Source: Octopus sinensis (taxonomy: Eukaryota). From it: a stretch of 64,000 bases of DNA. The stretch spans positions 116,002,001 through 116,066,000 of the forward strand of contig NC_042997.1 of the NCBI RefSeq assembly GCF_006345805.1, given 5' to 3'. The position numbers were made by a program, and so were the translations under genes. Under the pieces are notes generated by a model that saw nothing but the letters and a program-made list of their open reading frames with translations, did no database searches and was not told where the DNA came from. Shown here piece by piece: positions 14,411 through 28,028 of the stretch. The first letter of the stretch is position 1. Each line of letters starts with the position of its first letter.

Positions 14411-14876
14411 GGAGAAATATACACCTGAGAGAAATACAAAATCAGATAGGGAGGAACAAATTTGTACCAAGTGTTAATCCAAAACAATCGTGCAATTTCT
14501 TCTAGGTTGGTAAGGTGACTACGTCAAGAGTATCTGAACATTCTTGATAGCGCCAATTGCAGCCCAGTACTCTTGGCCAAAATACAACTGGCAGAAGATG
14601 CCAGAAATCATTCTCCTCTTCAGTCAGTAACCCATGAAAAGAATGTCTCGCAATGAAAGCTGCGCTTAGAATATAACACGGCAGACGAATCTCGTCTGCT
14701 ACGATATATATATGGGTGCTGTTATGCACCAAGCGTCTATATGAGATGTCTCAAGACTAATGATGTAGTATTCGGTGTTCTAACAAGATATCACTGTTAA
14801 GTTGGATATAAAAATCCCCTTTTGGTACAAAGAATGCTTCCGTCCCTAACAGTTAATTTATAATATTACATAATAT

Positions 14877-15186
14877 AGGCGCAGGCGTGGCTGTGTGGTA
14901 CGAAGCTTGCTTCCCAACCACATGGTTCCGGGTTCAGTTCCACTGCGTGACACCTTGGGCAAGTATATTCTTCTATAGCCACGCGCCGACTAAGGCCTTG
15001 TGAGTGGATTTGGTAAACGGAACCTGAAAGAAGCCTGTCATATATATATGACCGAATACTACGTCATTAGCCTTGAGATATCTTATATAGGAGCTCGGTG
15101 CATAAAAGCACACACATATATCGTAGCAGACGAGATTCTATGTATATGTATATATATATATATATATGCATATACATACATACACA

Positions 15187-15223
<37 letters not shown>

Positions 15224-15249
15224 ACACACACACACACACATATATATAC

Positions 15250-15297
<48 letters not shown>

Positions 15298-15485
15298 TAT
15301 ATATATATGTTCGTGTGTCTGTGTTTGTCCCTTCACGATTGCTTGACAACCAAGCGGCTCGGCAAAAGGAACCGATAGAATAATTACCACGCTTACAAAG
15401 AATAAGTCGAGGGTCGATTTCTTCGGCTAAAAGGCGGTGCACCAGCATGGCCGTAGTCAAAATGACTGAAACACGTACAAAAAAA
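14877..15485 (+). mobile_element. SINE family A carrying a ~90-bp foreign insert in its microsatellite
   Basis: Head AGGCGCAGGCGTGGCTGTGTGG; 15050-15138 is the reverse complement of nearby 14686-14778. Confidence 0.8.
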
Positions 15486-15831
15486 AAATAAAAGATCAAA
15501 AGAATGTAAATTTACGAAGAAGATATACAAAAAATGAAAAATTTCCTTTTTTTTCTCCGTACATTGAAAATAATGACGAACAGCTTTATCGATTTTTGAT
15601 CTTTATTTTCATCACCAATTTCAGAGAAATATGCGGCCAATTTGTTAAAAGACACAAAACCCAGCGGCTTCCAGAGAATTGGAGGTACGAATCTACATAC
15701 CGTAAGTGTTCAACACTGTGTCTATGCACGAAATTCTCGTCATTTGAGTCACTCTGTAATTTTTGCCGATTAAAACGTATATATACTCGCGTTTTGAGTT
15801 GTGTTTTCCTGTTTGCATCGCCAAACACATT

Positions 15832-16069
<238 letters not shown>

Positions 16070-16170
16070 GCTGATATATATATATTTTTGATTTGATTTT
16101 GATTTTTCCAGTTTCAGCTTATGAGCTGTGGCCATGCTGGGGCACCGCCATATATATATACATATATATA

Positions 16171-16340
16171 TAGGGAGAGTTTACGAAAAAAACAAAAGAC
16201 GAAGGCAGGTGGTGTACAAAACAAACAGATGTATTAGTATAACGCTCAGGAATAGAAAAAGTCTTTTACGTTTCGAGCCTACGCTCTTCTACAGAAAGGG
16301 ACACAGAAAAAAATGTGTGTAGTGGCTAACGATCTATCAA
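16171..16340 (-). mobile_element. ~190-bp (TA)n-associated dispersed element with hammerhead-like core (family H)
   Basis: Homologous to 19625-19825 (+), 27235-27425 (+) and 48747-48935 (-). Minus strand CTTT-CTGTAGA-A-GAGC[GTAG]GCTC-GAAACGTA-AAAG at 16263-16298. Confidence 0.75.
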
Positions 16341-16769
16341 TATATATATATATCAAATGAATGTCTTATAAAAATATTCCTCACATACAATAACAGCCAT
16401 GCCAACAATCCAACACACCTCCATCATCAGCTGCCCCACGGATATCACTATAGTTTCGACACCTGGGCAGTACCATTCAATCCGGCGGTGTCAACAGCAC
16501 TAAAATAAGTGTTGTTTGGGAGGAGACATACCTTAGATATATCACCACAATCAATCAATCTTAATTCTAGGAAGGATTAAACACTAGCATTAATAAATAA
16601 ATTACAACAAAGAAACCACATTTACCCTATGTACAAAAATGGTATCGGTAAATTAATAATTCTATAAGTAAACCTATAACTAACTCCTAAATTATTAGGT
16701 TGTTCCAAAAATAATGGCCGATTTCAGAAACAATTTTATTCTGGAAAAATTGACAATAGAAATGTTTTG

Positions 16770-17045
16770 ATTAGTCTAAGTATGAACTGTGAACATCTAT
16801 GCATATCTGCCATCAATCAACGAGATTATTTGCTCCCGCAAACCAAACTAAAATTTGGGATTTTGCGGAGGGTCACAGTTGGTAACAAAAACAGGACAAT
16901 GAAACAAATAGTGGGGACACGTGTTCATCTTTCTTTTTTTCCAGTCTGTTGCACAGACCAGACGTATTCTTGTCTGTCTTCTCTCCTATCTTTTCTCCTG
17001 TCATAGAATGTTCCTCAGCGTTCGCCACCTTGCATCGTCTGGTGG
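16770..17045 (+). mobile_element. Fragment of the repeat family that forms the inverted repeat at 52874-53480
   Basis: Shares TTGCTCCCGC.AACCAAA.TAAAATTTGGGATTT.GCGGAGGGTCA.AGTTGGTAACAAAAACAGGAC and the spacer sequence. Confidence 0.65.
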
Positions 17046-17273
17046 TCCGAACTATACTAGAAGACACTTGCCCAAGGTGTCACGCAATGGGACCGAAGCC
17101 AGAACCAGGTGGTTGGTAAGTATGCTACTTACCACACAGCCAAAAATGTTTCCTGGTTGGTTCTCTAACACATGCTATGATAATAAATTATAAATTGGTG
17201 GAGAAGAGACTCTGTATGTCATGCGCAATAAAAAAGATGTCACTGTTTGCACCTAATGACCCGCGAAGAAGAA

Positions 17274-17305
<32 letters not shown>

Positions 17306-17469
17306 GAAGGAAGATGATGAAGCAGCATCCAAGACTATACAAAATTTCCAGAAGGGCTGGGGTAGTTGTTGTAGTCTTTAGTGTAGGGGAAGGAGGAAGT
17401 GGAGGAGGAGAAAAAGGGGCAGTTATGATATATGAGACTACACTAGTGTGAACCCCACTTGTTATCATT

Positions 17470-18480
17470 CACACATGGACACACACACACGCAGACACAC
17501 TCATACACACAAGCACACACATACAAACACATAAACACACGCATGCACTGAATCTAAGTGAATTATAGTGACAGACGTCATCACAGCGAGAATACGCGCG
17601 TGCACACACACACTCACAAACAGACACTCGCACACATATATACACACACATACACTTGGAGTCATTGTTGGAAAATACATACACAGTTATACGCACATGC
17701 ACGCACACACACACACAAGCGCATACAGTCACACACACATACGGACACTCACACACACACATACACACACATACACAAATACACATACACACACGTATAC
17801 ATATATATGCATACATGCACACACATGCACACACATACGTATACATACTGAAATACGCACATACACACATATACACACATATACACACATACACACACGC
17901 ACATACACACACATACACACACGCACATACACACACGTACACACATATACACACACATACATACACATGCGCATACATACACACTCATACATGCACATAC
18001 GCACACATACACAAACACATACACACACATACTCACACATATGCACAAACACACACATATGCACACCTACACAGACAAAAACACATACACACACCTACAC
18101 ATATACACACATACATACTCACATACACACACTCACACACACATACACATACACGCACATACACACATGCACACACATACGCACACATGCGCACACATAC
18201 ACACTCATACATACACATTCGCTCACATACACAAACACATACACACACATACTCACACATACGCACAAACACACACATACGCACACATACACACATACAC
18301 ACACACACACACAAGCACATACACACACCTACACATATACACACATACATACTCACATACACACACTCACACACATGCATTGACACTGGCAAAAGCTTAC
18401 ACAAACACAAACACAAACACAAACAGAACCACACACACACACACACACACACAATCTCACACACGTACACACACAACCCT
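17470..18480. repeat. Cryptic (CA/TA)n-rich low-complexity array with an internal block duplication (about 18005-18146 and 18224-18375)
   Basis: Imperfect CACACATACA repeats; the 271-284 aa His/Thr ORFs are read-through. Confidence 0.9.
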
Positions 18481-19078
18481 CACTGGAGCCAGTTCACTGT
18501 ACATTTTTAAGAGAAACCAATATAAAATGTCTGTCTTATGCAACCTTAGTGTTTATAATAAATCTCTCTTCCCTCTCTCTATCTCATGCTCTCTCCTCTC
18601 ATACTCTCTTCCAACTCCTCTCTTTCATATAAACACGCTACGCCCTCCCTCCCCTTCTTTTTGACCGATCTTTTTGCCTTCTTTATTTATATTCCCGATC
18701 CTTTCGTTTAATTCATACTTTTTTCCCCTCAAGCTTTTTCCCCTGTTATAACCCCTCATTAATTCTTAATTAGTTAATTAGTAAATTATTTAATTAGTTA
18801 TTGAGTAGTCTCGGCGGAAAAAACATTTCATTCAGACTAATTAAGATGTGTTACCTGAAGTGCACGCGTATCGATTTTCCATGTATACACACACACACAT
18901 ACAGACACAGACACATACATTCACACGAGGAAAACAGGAGCGATGAAGGTCAAACCTCGATAAAATGCTTCCGAGTTCAGTTCTGCTGCGTGACATCTAG
19001 GGCAAGTGTCTTGTGAATGGATTTTGAAGACGGAAACTGAAAGAAGCCCGTCGTGTATATATACATATATATATACAC

Positions 19079-19126
<48 letters not shown>

Positions 19127-19225
19127 CACACACATATATATATACACTATATATGAAAAAAAATTTTCTCAGAATGAGATAAAAAAAACCCAAGTCTGTG
19201 AAGATTTTGAAACATTTATAAATAG

Positions 19226-19273
19226 GTCTTACAGCTGTTTCCAGGATATTTCTTATATCCATTCATCGGAGAC
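19226..19273 (-). ncRNA. Candidate minimal type I hammerhead ribozyme (U4C core, GUA site) in a Penelope-like repeat
   Basis: Minus strand GTCT-CCGATGA-AT-GGATAT[AAGAA]ATATCC-TG-GAAAC-AGCT-GT-A-AGAC: stem I GTCT/AGAC, 6-bp stem II core, palindromic ACAGCTGT. Confidence 0.62.
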
Positions 19274-19624
19274 GGTGTGAGAAAATGGTTAAGCAATAGT
19301 TAATCTAGATCAGATACGAAATAGAGAGTGAAGTAGCGGAATGAAAATAGATGTGAGATATGCAGGGATATTGCATTTGTAGAGCCATTATTTAGGTAGA
19401 ATGGTATACATATAAGATTCTAATACCTTGTGAGTAAATTCCAACGATATTTAAAAATTGGTCATTCTAAGTATAGAGTTTGTACACAGTGCAATAAAAT
19501 AAATGAAACTCTTGATTCAATAGCACTGTGTACAAACTCAATACTTGGAATGACCAATTTTAAATACTACGCATCCTCTTCCGAGTAAGTTTTATCTCTC
19601 TCTCTCTCTGATATATCGCCATGT

Positions 19625-19825
19625 TGATTCGTTAGCTACTGCACGCATTTTTTTTCTCTCCTTCTTTCTGTGTTTTTCTCTCTCTGTGTATCTTTCTGTT
19701 GAAGAGCGTAGGCTCGAAACGTTAAAGACTTGTTTTATTTATATTTCCTGAGCGCCATACTAATACAATTGTTCGTTTGTTTTCCACCTGCCTTCGTCTT
19801 TTGTTTATTTTCATAAAGCTTCCCG
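19625..19825 (+). mobile_element. Family H element
   Basis: CTTT-CTGTTGA-A-GAGC[GTAG]GCTC-GAAACGTT-AAAG at 19692-19727; 3' end abuts (TA)n. Confidence 0.75.
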
Positions 19826-19892
19826 TTATATACATATATATATCTATATATGTATATATATATGTATATATATATATATGTAGGTATATATG

Positions 19893-19936
<44 letters not shown>

Positions 19937-20259
19937 CATACACGTTTACACACATACACACACGTTTATATATTCGTTTTGCAAGATTCTTGATGTGAAT
20001 TCGTGTGTTGAAACAGATATTGTTGTATTTGGGGATGGTCATGGTGTGTTTTCATTGGCTAAACTGGCAACATGACCATCCCCAAATACAACAATATATC
20101 TATACATATAAATTTGACATGGGCGATTCTTTCTTGTCTTGGGATCCACGGTCAAACGACTGGGTGGAATTGCGCAAAAAATTACACAGATGTGTAGAAT
20201 GATCCGGTGGTGATGCTGAGCTTTGTATTTTTTCATAGCTCCCATGATTAGTGAGATAA

Positions 20260-20440
20260 TCTACTATAACAATACGGTTGTGTTTATGAATGAGAAAGGA
20301 AGGCGTGATAGATGAAAAAAGTCATTCTTATATAATTTTTTTAATGGAAGCGTGCCCAGAACAAGACGAATGCTTACACAGAGCAGGCTTTACAGTCACA
20401 TCATCCAAACCGACCGGGTGAAACCGGGCTTAGCTGCTAG
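20260..20440 (+). mobile_element. Short non-autonomous Helitron
   Basis: A|TCTACTATAAC 5' end; subterminal hairpin CCGG-GTGAAA-CCGG; 3' CTAG|T; no TSD. Confidence 0.65.
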
Positions 20441-20894
20441 TATATATATATATAATATATATGTTGTGTGTGTGTTGTGTGTGTGTGTGTGTGTGTTCTA
20501 AAGTGTAACACCGTAACCACTTCAGTGCTCACCTCTCCGCCTTTACTGTGATCACCACGAAAATCTACAAGCGTGCAGGAACAGACTGGACAATAGGAAA
20601 AGTCTATGGTAAGCCATTGTATATGGGAGTGTGCAGTTTGGGCCTCGGTTTTGTGTAAGTAATGGTTTATAACTGGGCAGAAGGATTTCTGGGTTGTACC
20701 TCGATGTTCGGTTGACTTCGTGGTGGGTTAAGGACTGGTCGGTTTGAGGACAGCTGGAGTTACGAAACAACAAAAGAATCAAGTGTCATACTACGATGAT
20801 TACCACCACCACCACCACCACCATCACGAGCAACAACAATACCAGCAACAAAAACAACTGAAATCGCAGCAATAGCAACAGTTTTATTATTTTA

Positions 20895-21189
20895 TTTATG
20901 CGCCCTTTTCAAGCCTAACCAGGCTCATGGGCTTGGTTTCCCGGTTTCTGTGGCTTATGTGTTCCTCCCAGTTGGACGGGACGCCAGTTCATAGCAGCGT
21001 TACTCAAGAAACAGGAAGAGAGAGTGAGAGAAAGTTGGGGTGAAAGAGTACAACAGGGATGGCCCCCCACCCCTGCCGGAGCCTCGTGGAGCTTTAGGTG
21101 TTTTCGCTCAATAAACACACACAACGTCCGGTCTGGGAATCGAAATCGTGAGTCCGCTGCCCTAACCACTGGGCCAATGCACCTCCACA
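20895..21189 (-). mobile_element. tRNA-derived SINE family C, tail type 1
   Basis: Minus strand TGGCCCAGTGGTTAGGGCAGCGGACTC..TTCGATTCC head, ATTGAGCGAAAACACCTAAAGCTCCACGAGGCTCC body. Confidence 0.75.
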
Positions 21190-21828
21190 ATAGCAACAGT
21201 AGCAACACTATTACCGATGTCACCACTACCATCAATACTGCAACATCAACGATGATCACCACCAACGTATCATCATCATCATCATCATCGTCGTCGTCGT
21301 CGTCGTCATCATCGTTATCATCATCATCGTCTCCTCAACACCATGAGCACCACCGCCACCCCACCACCACCACCATGAGCACCACCGCCACCCCACCACC
21401 ACCCCACCACCACCACCACCGCCACCGCAGTTATAACCATATTAACCATTGCCACTACCATAACGATCGCCATCACCGTCTCCATCTCTATCACCACGAC
21501 CACCACTGCGTCATCATCATGACCACAACAACAACAGCAACAACAACAGCAGCAGCAAGAACAACAGTTGACAGTGTAATTTGAGCCGAGAGTGAGTCTA
21601 TATCTAATCTCCACCTGTTTATTTAGTGAGATTAAAACACCAATAACTGGCTAATGTTGGTTATGTACTGGCTGATGGCATGGTTATTGTTAGGGCGGTC
21701 GCGGCAGAGGTGGTGTCGATTTAGCACCAGCTGAGTCACCACCGAGCAGAACTTTGATATATATATATATATATATATATATTTCCTTATATATATATAT
21801 ATATAATATATATATATATAATATATAT

Positions 21829-21875
<47 letters not shown>

Positions 21876-21958
21876 TTCCTTCATATGATACTAGGATACA
21901 ATTTGATTGAAATTTGATTGTTGTTCTAGCTGCTGGTTTGCCCACGTAGTTGCTCTCT

Positions 21959-22003
<45 letters not shown>

Positions 22004-22934
22004 GGTGGTAGCCACCACTGCGTGTATGGATGTATACCTGTGTTTCTTCGATTATTTGGATTAAAATTATTTGAATTAATTTGCAGAAAGAAAAACAAGG
22101 TTAAAAGTTAGAAAACAAATAGCGATTAACACTTCTCAAGAGCAGCTGGCGAATGTATTAATTTGATTTCTTATTCCAGACACGTGATTTTTGTTATACT
22201 CTGTAGCGCCTGCATCCTGAGTAAATAAAAATTCCCGCCTCGGTCTCTTGATCTACGTTCTTCTACTCTATCACGCTGTCTTCCATAAATAATTGTTATA
22301 CTCTATTTACATGTGGTTTATATTTCTCGATAATTACTCCTTATTTGGAAACACTTGATATTTTGGCAATTTATTCACTCTAGTTAAAATTCAAATATTC
22401 ACTATCGGGCATTTGTCTGGTACTAGGGCCACTGATTTGTTGTCGATGGCACGTCACTTTTTGGGGGAAAGAATTATAATCGTAAAGCATTCTCGGATAG
22501 CAGTATTACTACACAGCACGGCTAGAGGAAGTGGTACTATCGTAAGGTGTCGAAACCGATGTGAAACCGATGTGTCGAAACCGATCTGACAAAGGGCGTG
22601 TCTCTCTATAAACCTAAGTGTAAAATATAGTTCAAGCCATTATTCTTTATTTATGTTGCTCACTCTTCTGGAAAAAACATCCCATTTCCATTTTCTGCCC
22701 AAAATACTGGGATGAACTGAACACTAAAATATCTATTGAAAAGAAAAACAATATTCATTAAAGAACCAAGGATCAAACATTCATAAAAACTGCGCAGCAC
22801 TGGACTAAACCTATCGCCATATTTAATTGCAACATTTCAACTTCTGATTCGTTTATCACCGGGGTTGATTTTTCTTTTGGTCTCTAAATTTTTAAGACAG
22901 CAACAAGTAAAGTATCAATACTACAATAAGTTTA

Positions 22935-23460
22935 AGGAGGTGACCTAGCAGAATCGTTAGCGCGCCGGGCGAAATGCTTAACGGTATTTCGTCAGTCGCT
23001 ATGCTCTGAGTTCAAATTCAACCGAGGTCGACTTTGCGTTTCATCCTTTCGGGGTCGATTAAATAAGTACCAGTTACGCATTGGATATAATCGACTTAAT
23101 CCGTTTGTCTGTCCTTGTTTGTCCTCTCTGTGTTTAGCCCCTTGTGGGTAGTAAAGAAGTAGGTACTTCGTCATCCTTTATGATCTGAGTTCAAATTCCG
23201 CCGAGGTCACTTTTGCCTTTCATCCTTTCGGGGTCGATAAAATAAGTACCAGTTGAACACTGGGGTTGATGTAATCAACTCATCCACTCCCCACAAATTG
23301 CTGCCCTTGTGGCAAATATTGAAACCATTATTTTCGTTACGTTCTGATTTCAAATTCCGCCGAGGTCGACTTTGCCTTTCATCCTTTCGGGGTCAATGAA
23401 TTAAGTACCAGTTGCAATCGACTTAATTGCTGGTCTTGTGCCAAAATTTGAAACCGTTAT
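22935..23460 (+). mobile_element. SINE B multimer (head plus at least three body units)
   Basis: B-box/body starts at ~23008, ~23187 and ~23350; junction GTAGTAAAGAAGTAG|GTACTTCGTC at ~23148. Confidence 0.8.
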
Positions 23461-23569
23461 AATAACTGGTCTTGTTAAGATAAATGATTCTTCATCAAAC
23501 TGTCAGAGGGCGCTAAGATCGTGGAATCAATATATCTTCTGTACAATTGTCCTCGGTGTTCTGTGGTAT

Positions 23570-23952
23570 TCTTTTATTTGTTTGTCATTTGACTGCGGCC
23601 ATGATGGAGCACAGCCTGTAGTCAAGTAAATCGATCCCAGGACTTATTCTTTGTAAACCTAGCACTTATTCTATCGGTCTCTCTTGCCGAACCGCTAAGT
23701 GACGGGGACGTAAACACACCGCCATCGGTTGTCAAGCGGTGTTGGAGGGACAAACACAGACATGTAAACATATACATACTTATATATATACGACGGGCTT
23801 CTTTCAGTTTCCGCCTACCAAATCCACTCACAAGGCTTTGGTCAGCCCGAGGTTATAGTTGAAGACACTTGCCGATGTTGCCACGCAGTGGTACTGAACC
23901 CGGAACCACGTGGTTAGTAAGCAAGCTACATACCACACAGCCACTCCTGCGA
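23570..23952 (-). mobile_element. SINE family A, near full length, short microsatellite
   Basis: Both halves and head GCAGGAGTGGCTGTGTGG on the minus strand. Confidence 0.85.
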
Positions 23953-24764
23953 TTATGATATTTTCTTTGTAGAGTCAACGAAAGGACCTTCACATGGTCA
24001 TTGGGCATGTTAGAAACAGCAGCTAAAATTTTCCCAAAGCAACACCTTTCTGTCTTAGAACGAAGGATAATCTTGCTGCAAAATGATTTGGGATGGTTTG
24101 AATGGAGCACTTTGACCACAGTTTGGCCTTGTGAATCTGACATGACAAGATGCCAACAACAACAGCTATTGTTGTGATTGTGTAAAATCACAGAGAACAT
24201 CTAAAATAAAGTCTTGGATACATTTCAGCAAAATGATGGAGGGTGGACATAGATAGACCGCTATGATCATATATGGGTTTACATGATCAGACATGACATG
24301 AAGCCCAACAAGACAACAATAATAGCGATGAAAACAGCTGCTCTTGTTGTCATTGTTCTGTAGAATTACCAACAGTTAAAAAGACATCTACGCACTTGTA
24401 TCTTTCTACCTCCGCCTTTTCATATATAGCTCTATTTTCCGTAATCTTCCCATGTGGTCCGAGCCGTACAAACGAATCATAAACCAACAGCAGAGTTTCT
24501 TACTAAGAGAATTCCCAGGCGTGAACTGTCATCGAATTTACCCTCACACATCCCGATATATATATATATTTGACAAATCACAAGCTACACGTGTACGTTT
24601 TCCTTTGATTTCTCAGCCATCTCCCTTACATTGCTTATTTCTTCCTTATACATCCTTTGTTTTCAGGTCTTTATGTATATTTATACACATATATACACAC
24701 GCTATATATATATATATATATATGTACATATGTATATATGCATGTATGTGTGTGTATATATATG

Positions 24765-24795
<31 letters not shown>

Positions 24796-26058
24796 ATATA
24801 TGTATATGTATATATATATGTATATATATAAGTGTATATGTATATATACATGCATGTAGATAAACGTAAGTGTATATATACAGGCGAAGGCACACCCATA
24901 CATGCATAAGTGTTTGTGTGTGTTTATATAACTACATGTATACAAACATGTATACATATATGCATATATCTATTTATATATGTTTACATGAACACATGTG
25001 TGTATATGTATGATCATGCATGTATGTATAATACTTGTATTCATACATATATACACTTATATATACGTATCTATACATGTACAAATGTATATGTATATGC
25101 ATGTACACACACACACACGCGCGCATACATACAGGCATTCCTAGATATACAAGTGCATATATATATATATATATACAAGGATGTGTATACAACGATAAAC
25201 AAACACGTATCTTTCTGTACATCTAAAGAGAGACACATAAGGTCTTTGTAACTCTGTCGGTATGTCTATCGCATCGCGGCACACACACACCACACACACA
25301 CACACACACACGAATATATGTGTGTGCGTGCGTGCGTATCCAGATACGCATTCACATTAAGTCATATATGTATATGAGTGTGTGTGTGTATATATATACA
25401 CACACACTCATACGTGTGTGTGTGTACTTACATGTATGTATGTATAAATATATATATATATATATATATATAAATATAAATATATATAAATGTGTGTGCG
25501 TGCGTTTTTGTGTGTATACACATTTATTCTCACGTATATTTGCGGAAGTTTTTGCAATATTGACTCATATGTAATCTCCCAGGCTCTGTCCCTCTCCACA
25601 CATACATACACACAAACGTACATACGTACATACATATACCCATGCATACACACACTCACACACACTCACATACATATATGTACCTATATAGACTGATCCC
25701 ATGAAAGGGGTTTTGTATTCCGTTGGCTATATATTCGTGAATTGTAATCCAATAAAATTTAGTAAGGAAAGAAAAACAAAAACAAAAAACGAAAAAACAA
25801 AAACAAACACCCTTACCACACACACGCGCATACACACACACCACACACACACACACACACACAGAAGGACTCATGTTCTTGAAAAAGGGCGAACAGGATC
25901 AGCCATATTTAAATCAGATTGCAATGAACTTGTATAGCACAATAGACTGTTTATGGAACTGTTTTAGATGTGTAGAATGAGGAAGAGAGAGAGAGAGAGA
26001 GAGAGAGGGGGGAGAGGGAGGGGGAGAGGGGAGATAGAGATAGAGAGAGAGAGAGAGT

Positions 26059-26099
<41 letters not shown>

Positions 26100-26157
26100 A
26101 GATAGAGGATAGATGAGAGAGAGAGAGTGAGTGAGAGAGAGAGAGAGAGAGAAAGAG

Positions 26158-26190
<33 letters not shown>

Positions 26191-26350
26191 TAGCAAAGAA
26201 GACACAAACACAAACATACATTCTGTTAACTGTTTCAAGCGGGACACAACGTCATGTAGTACTTATCTCCCCTTCAAATCTCTGAGGTTTCCTCCTTCAA
26301 CGTTGTTTCTGTCTATTGTATTTTTGCTGGTCGTCGTTCTTTTGTTTAAT

Positions 26351-26692
26351 TCTTCTTCTTCTTCTTCTTCTTCTTCTTCTTCTTCTTCTTCTTCTTCTTC
26401 TTCTTCTTCTTCTTCTTCTTCTTCTTCTTCTTTTTCTTCTTCTTCTTCTTCTTCTTCTTCTTCTTCTTCTTCTTCGTCGTCTTCTTCTTCTTCGTCTCCT
26501 TCTCCTCCTTCTTCTTCTTCTGCCTCTTCTTCTCCTTCTTCTTCTTCTTCTTCTTCTTCTTCTTCTCCTCCTCCTCTCCTCCTCCTTCTTCTTCTCTTCT
26601 TCTTCTTCTTCTTCTTCTCCTCTCCTCCTCCTTTTCTTCTTCTTCTTCTCTTCTTATTCTTCTTCTTCTCATTATTATTATTATTATTATTA

Positions 26693-26731
<39 letters not shown>

Positions 26732-26735
26732 CATT
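26351..26735. repeat. (TTC)n/(TCC)n followed by (ATT)n microsatellite
   Basis: Direct observation; source of the poly-S/L/K ORFs. Confidence 0.95.
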
Positions 26736-27234
26736 ATTTCAGCTTGTTGCCGTTGTCCTTGTGGCTTTCAGGTTTGGTAATTTTTTTTATTTACTGTTTA
26801 TTCAAGACTAGAATAGGGAGTTTGTTTATAAGATTATGGATACTCACATAAAACAAGCACGGAGAAAACACGTGCAAGCCAAAACACGTCCGCACGCATA
26901 CACACACACACACACACACATACGTACACAGACACTTCTATCTGTCTAGCCATCTCTCTCTCTCTCTTCCCTCTCTCTCTCTCTCTCTTCCCCCCTCTCT
27001 CTCTCACATGCATATGTTTCTTTTCATGTTCTGTTATAATAAAAACAATTTTTCATTAATCCGATGGCCGACTCTGTACTTTTGTAGAGTAAAAATCTAT
27101 CATTCTTAAACAAGAATATTGTTGACAGTGACTTCGAAGTTTCGGGCAGTTAAGCCATCGTTTGCTAACAATATTCCTTGAGAAATATATATATATGTGT
27201 GTGTGTGTGTGTGACCCTTCTGTCCGACAGTCGC

Positions 27235-27425
27235 CATAATAGATCGGTAGCCACTACACACATTTTTTTCTCTCCTTGTTTCTCTCTGTGTCCCTTTCTG
27301 TAGAAGAGCGTAGGCTCGAAACGTAAAAGACTTTTTCAATTCCTGAGCGTTATACTAATACATCTGTTTGTTATGTACACCGCCTGTCTTCGTCTTTTGT
27401 TTTTTTTCGTGAACTCTCCCTATAT
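27235..27425 (+). mobile_element. Family H element
   Basis: CTTT-CTGTAGA-A-GAGC[GTAG]GCTC-GAAACGTA-AAAG at 27294-27329; 3' end CTCTCCC-TATATATATA. Confidence 0.75.
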
Positions 27426-27427
27426 AT

Positions 27428-28021
27428 ATAGGCGCAGGAGTGGCTGTGTAGTAAGATGCTTGCTTCCCAACCACATAGTTCCAGGTTCAGTCACACTGCG
27501 TAGCACCTTGACCATCATCATCATTGTTCGACCGTGGTCGAGACAATGGAATTTACCATGTTGCGCCAGACTTCACGGTCCATCATAGCATTACGGAGGT
27601 CCTGTTGCTGGATGCCTGTATCCCTGGAGATTACATCAGGGTAGGAGAGTGTGCGCCCTCTGGTGTTGCGAGTAGATGGCTTCCAGAGGAGAAGAGTAGA
27701 AATACTTCTTTTTCAGCTCTACAACAATGTCCAGCAAACTGGACTCTCCTACCTTTCACAAGAGATGACACAGGTGGGAATTTCCCATATATTTGCATTT
27801 TAGTTGGATGGCGCCTCCACGAGAGATTTTGAGCTCTCATAAGGAGGCGAGTGTAGGTTCCATCCAACCGCCTCTCAAGCTTCTTTGATAACGTCCAGGT
27901 TTCTGAGCCATATAGTAGAATTGGTTCGACTGTGGCTTTGAATATTTCAAGTTTGAAGTCTCTACTTAGATTTGATGACCAGATCTTATGCATGTCCAAG
28001 TATCTTCCACTATAGCCTTGG
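27428..28021 (+). mobile_element. SINE A head split by an RTE insertion (27428-27510 and 27997-28021)
   Basis: Head ends GCACCTTG at 27510 and resumes CAAGTATCTTCCACTATAGCCTTGG at 27997. Confidence 0.75.
27511..27996 (-). mobile_element. RTE-clade LINE 3' fragment
   Basis: KIWSSNLSRDFKLEIFKATVEPILLYGSETWTLSKKLERRLDGTYTRLLMRA..RRVQFAGHC; end QDLRNAMMDREVWRNMV..VEQ* with a (TGA)n tail. Confidence 0.9.
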
Positions 28022-28028
28022 AAGTAAC

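Noticed and set aside
16420-16470. GAAACTATAGT..CTGATGA on the minus strand as a permuted hammerhead
   Set aside because: The cleavage-site base would be G (not NUH) and no consistent stems are found.
17568-18510. 271-284 aa His/Thr-rich ORFs, and the many poly-I/Y/L/S/CV ORFs elsewhere
   Set aside because: Read-through of (CA)n, (TA)n, (AAT)n, (TTC)n and (TCTA)n repeats that lack stop codons; no domain content.
22545-22585. Three copies of (GTC)GAAACCGAT as a regulatory array
   Set aside because: Too short and single-locus; explained by slippage duplication.
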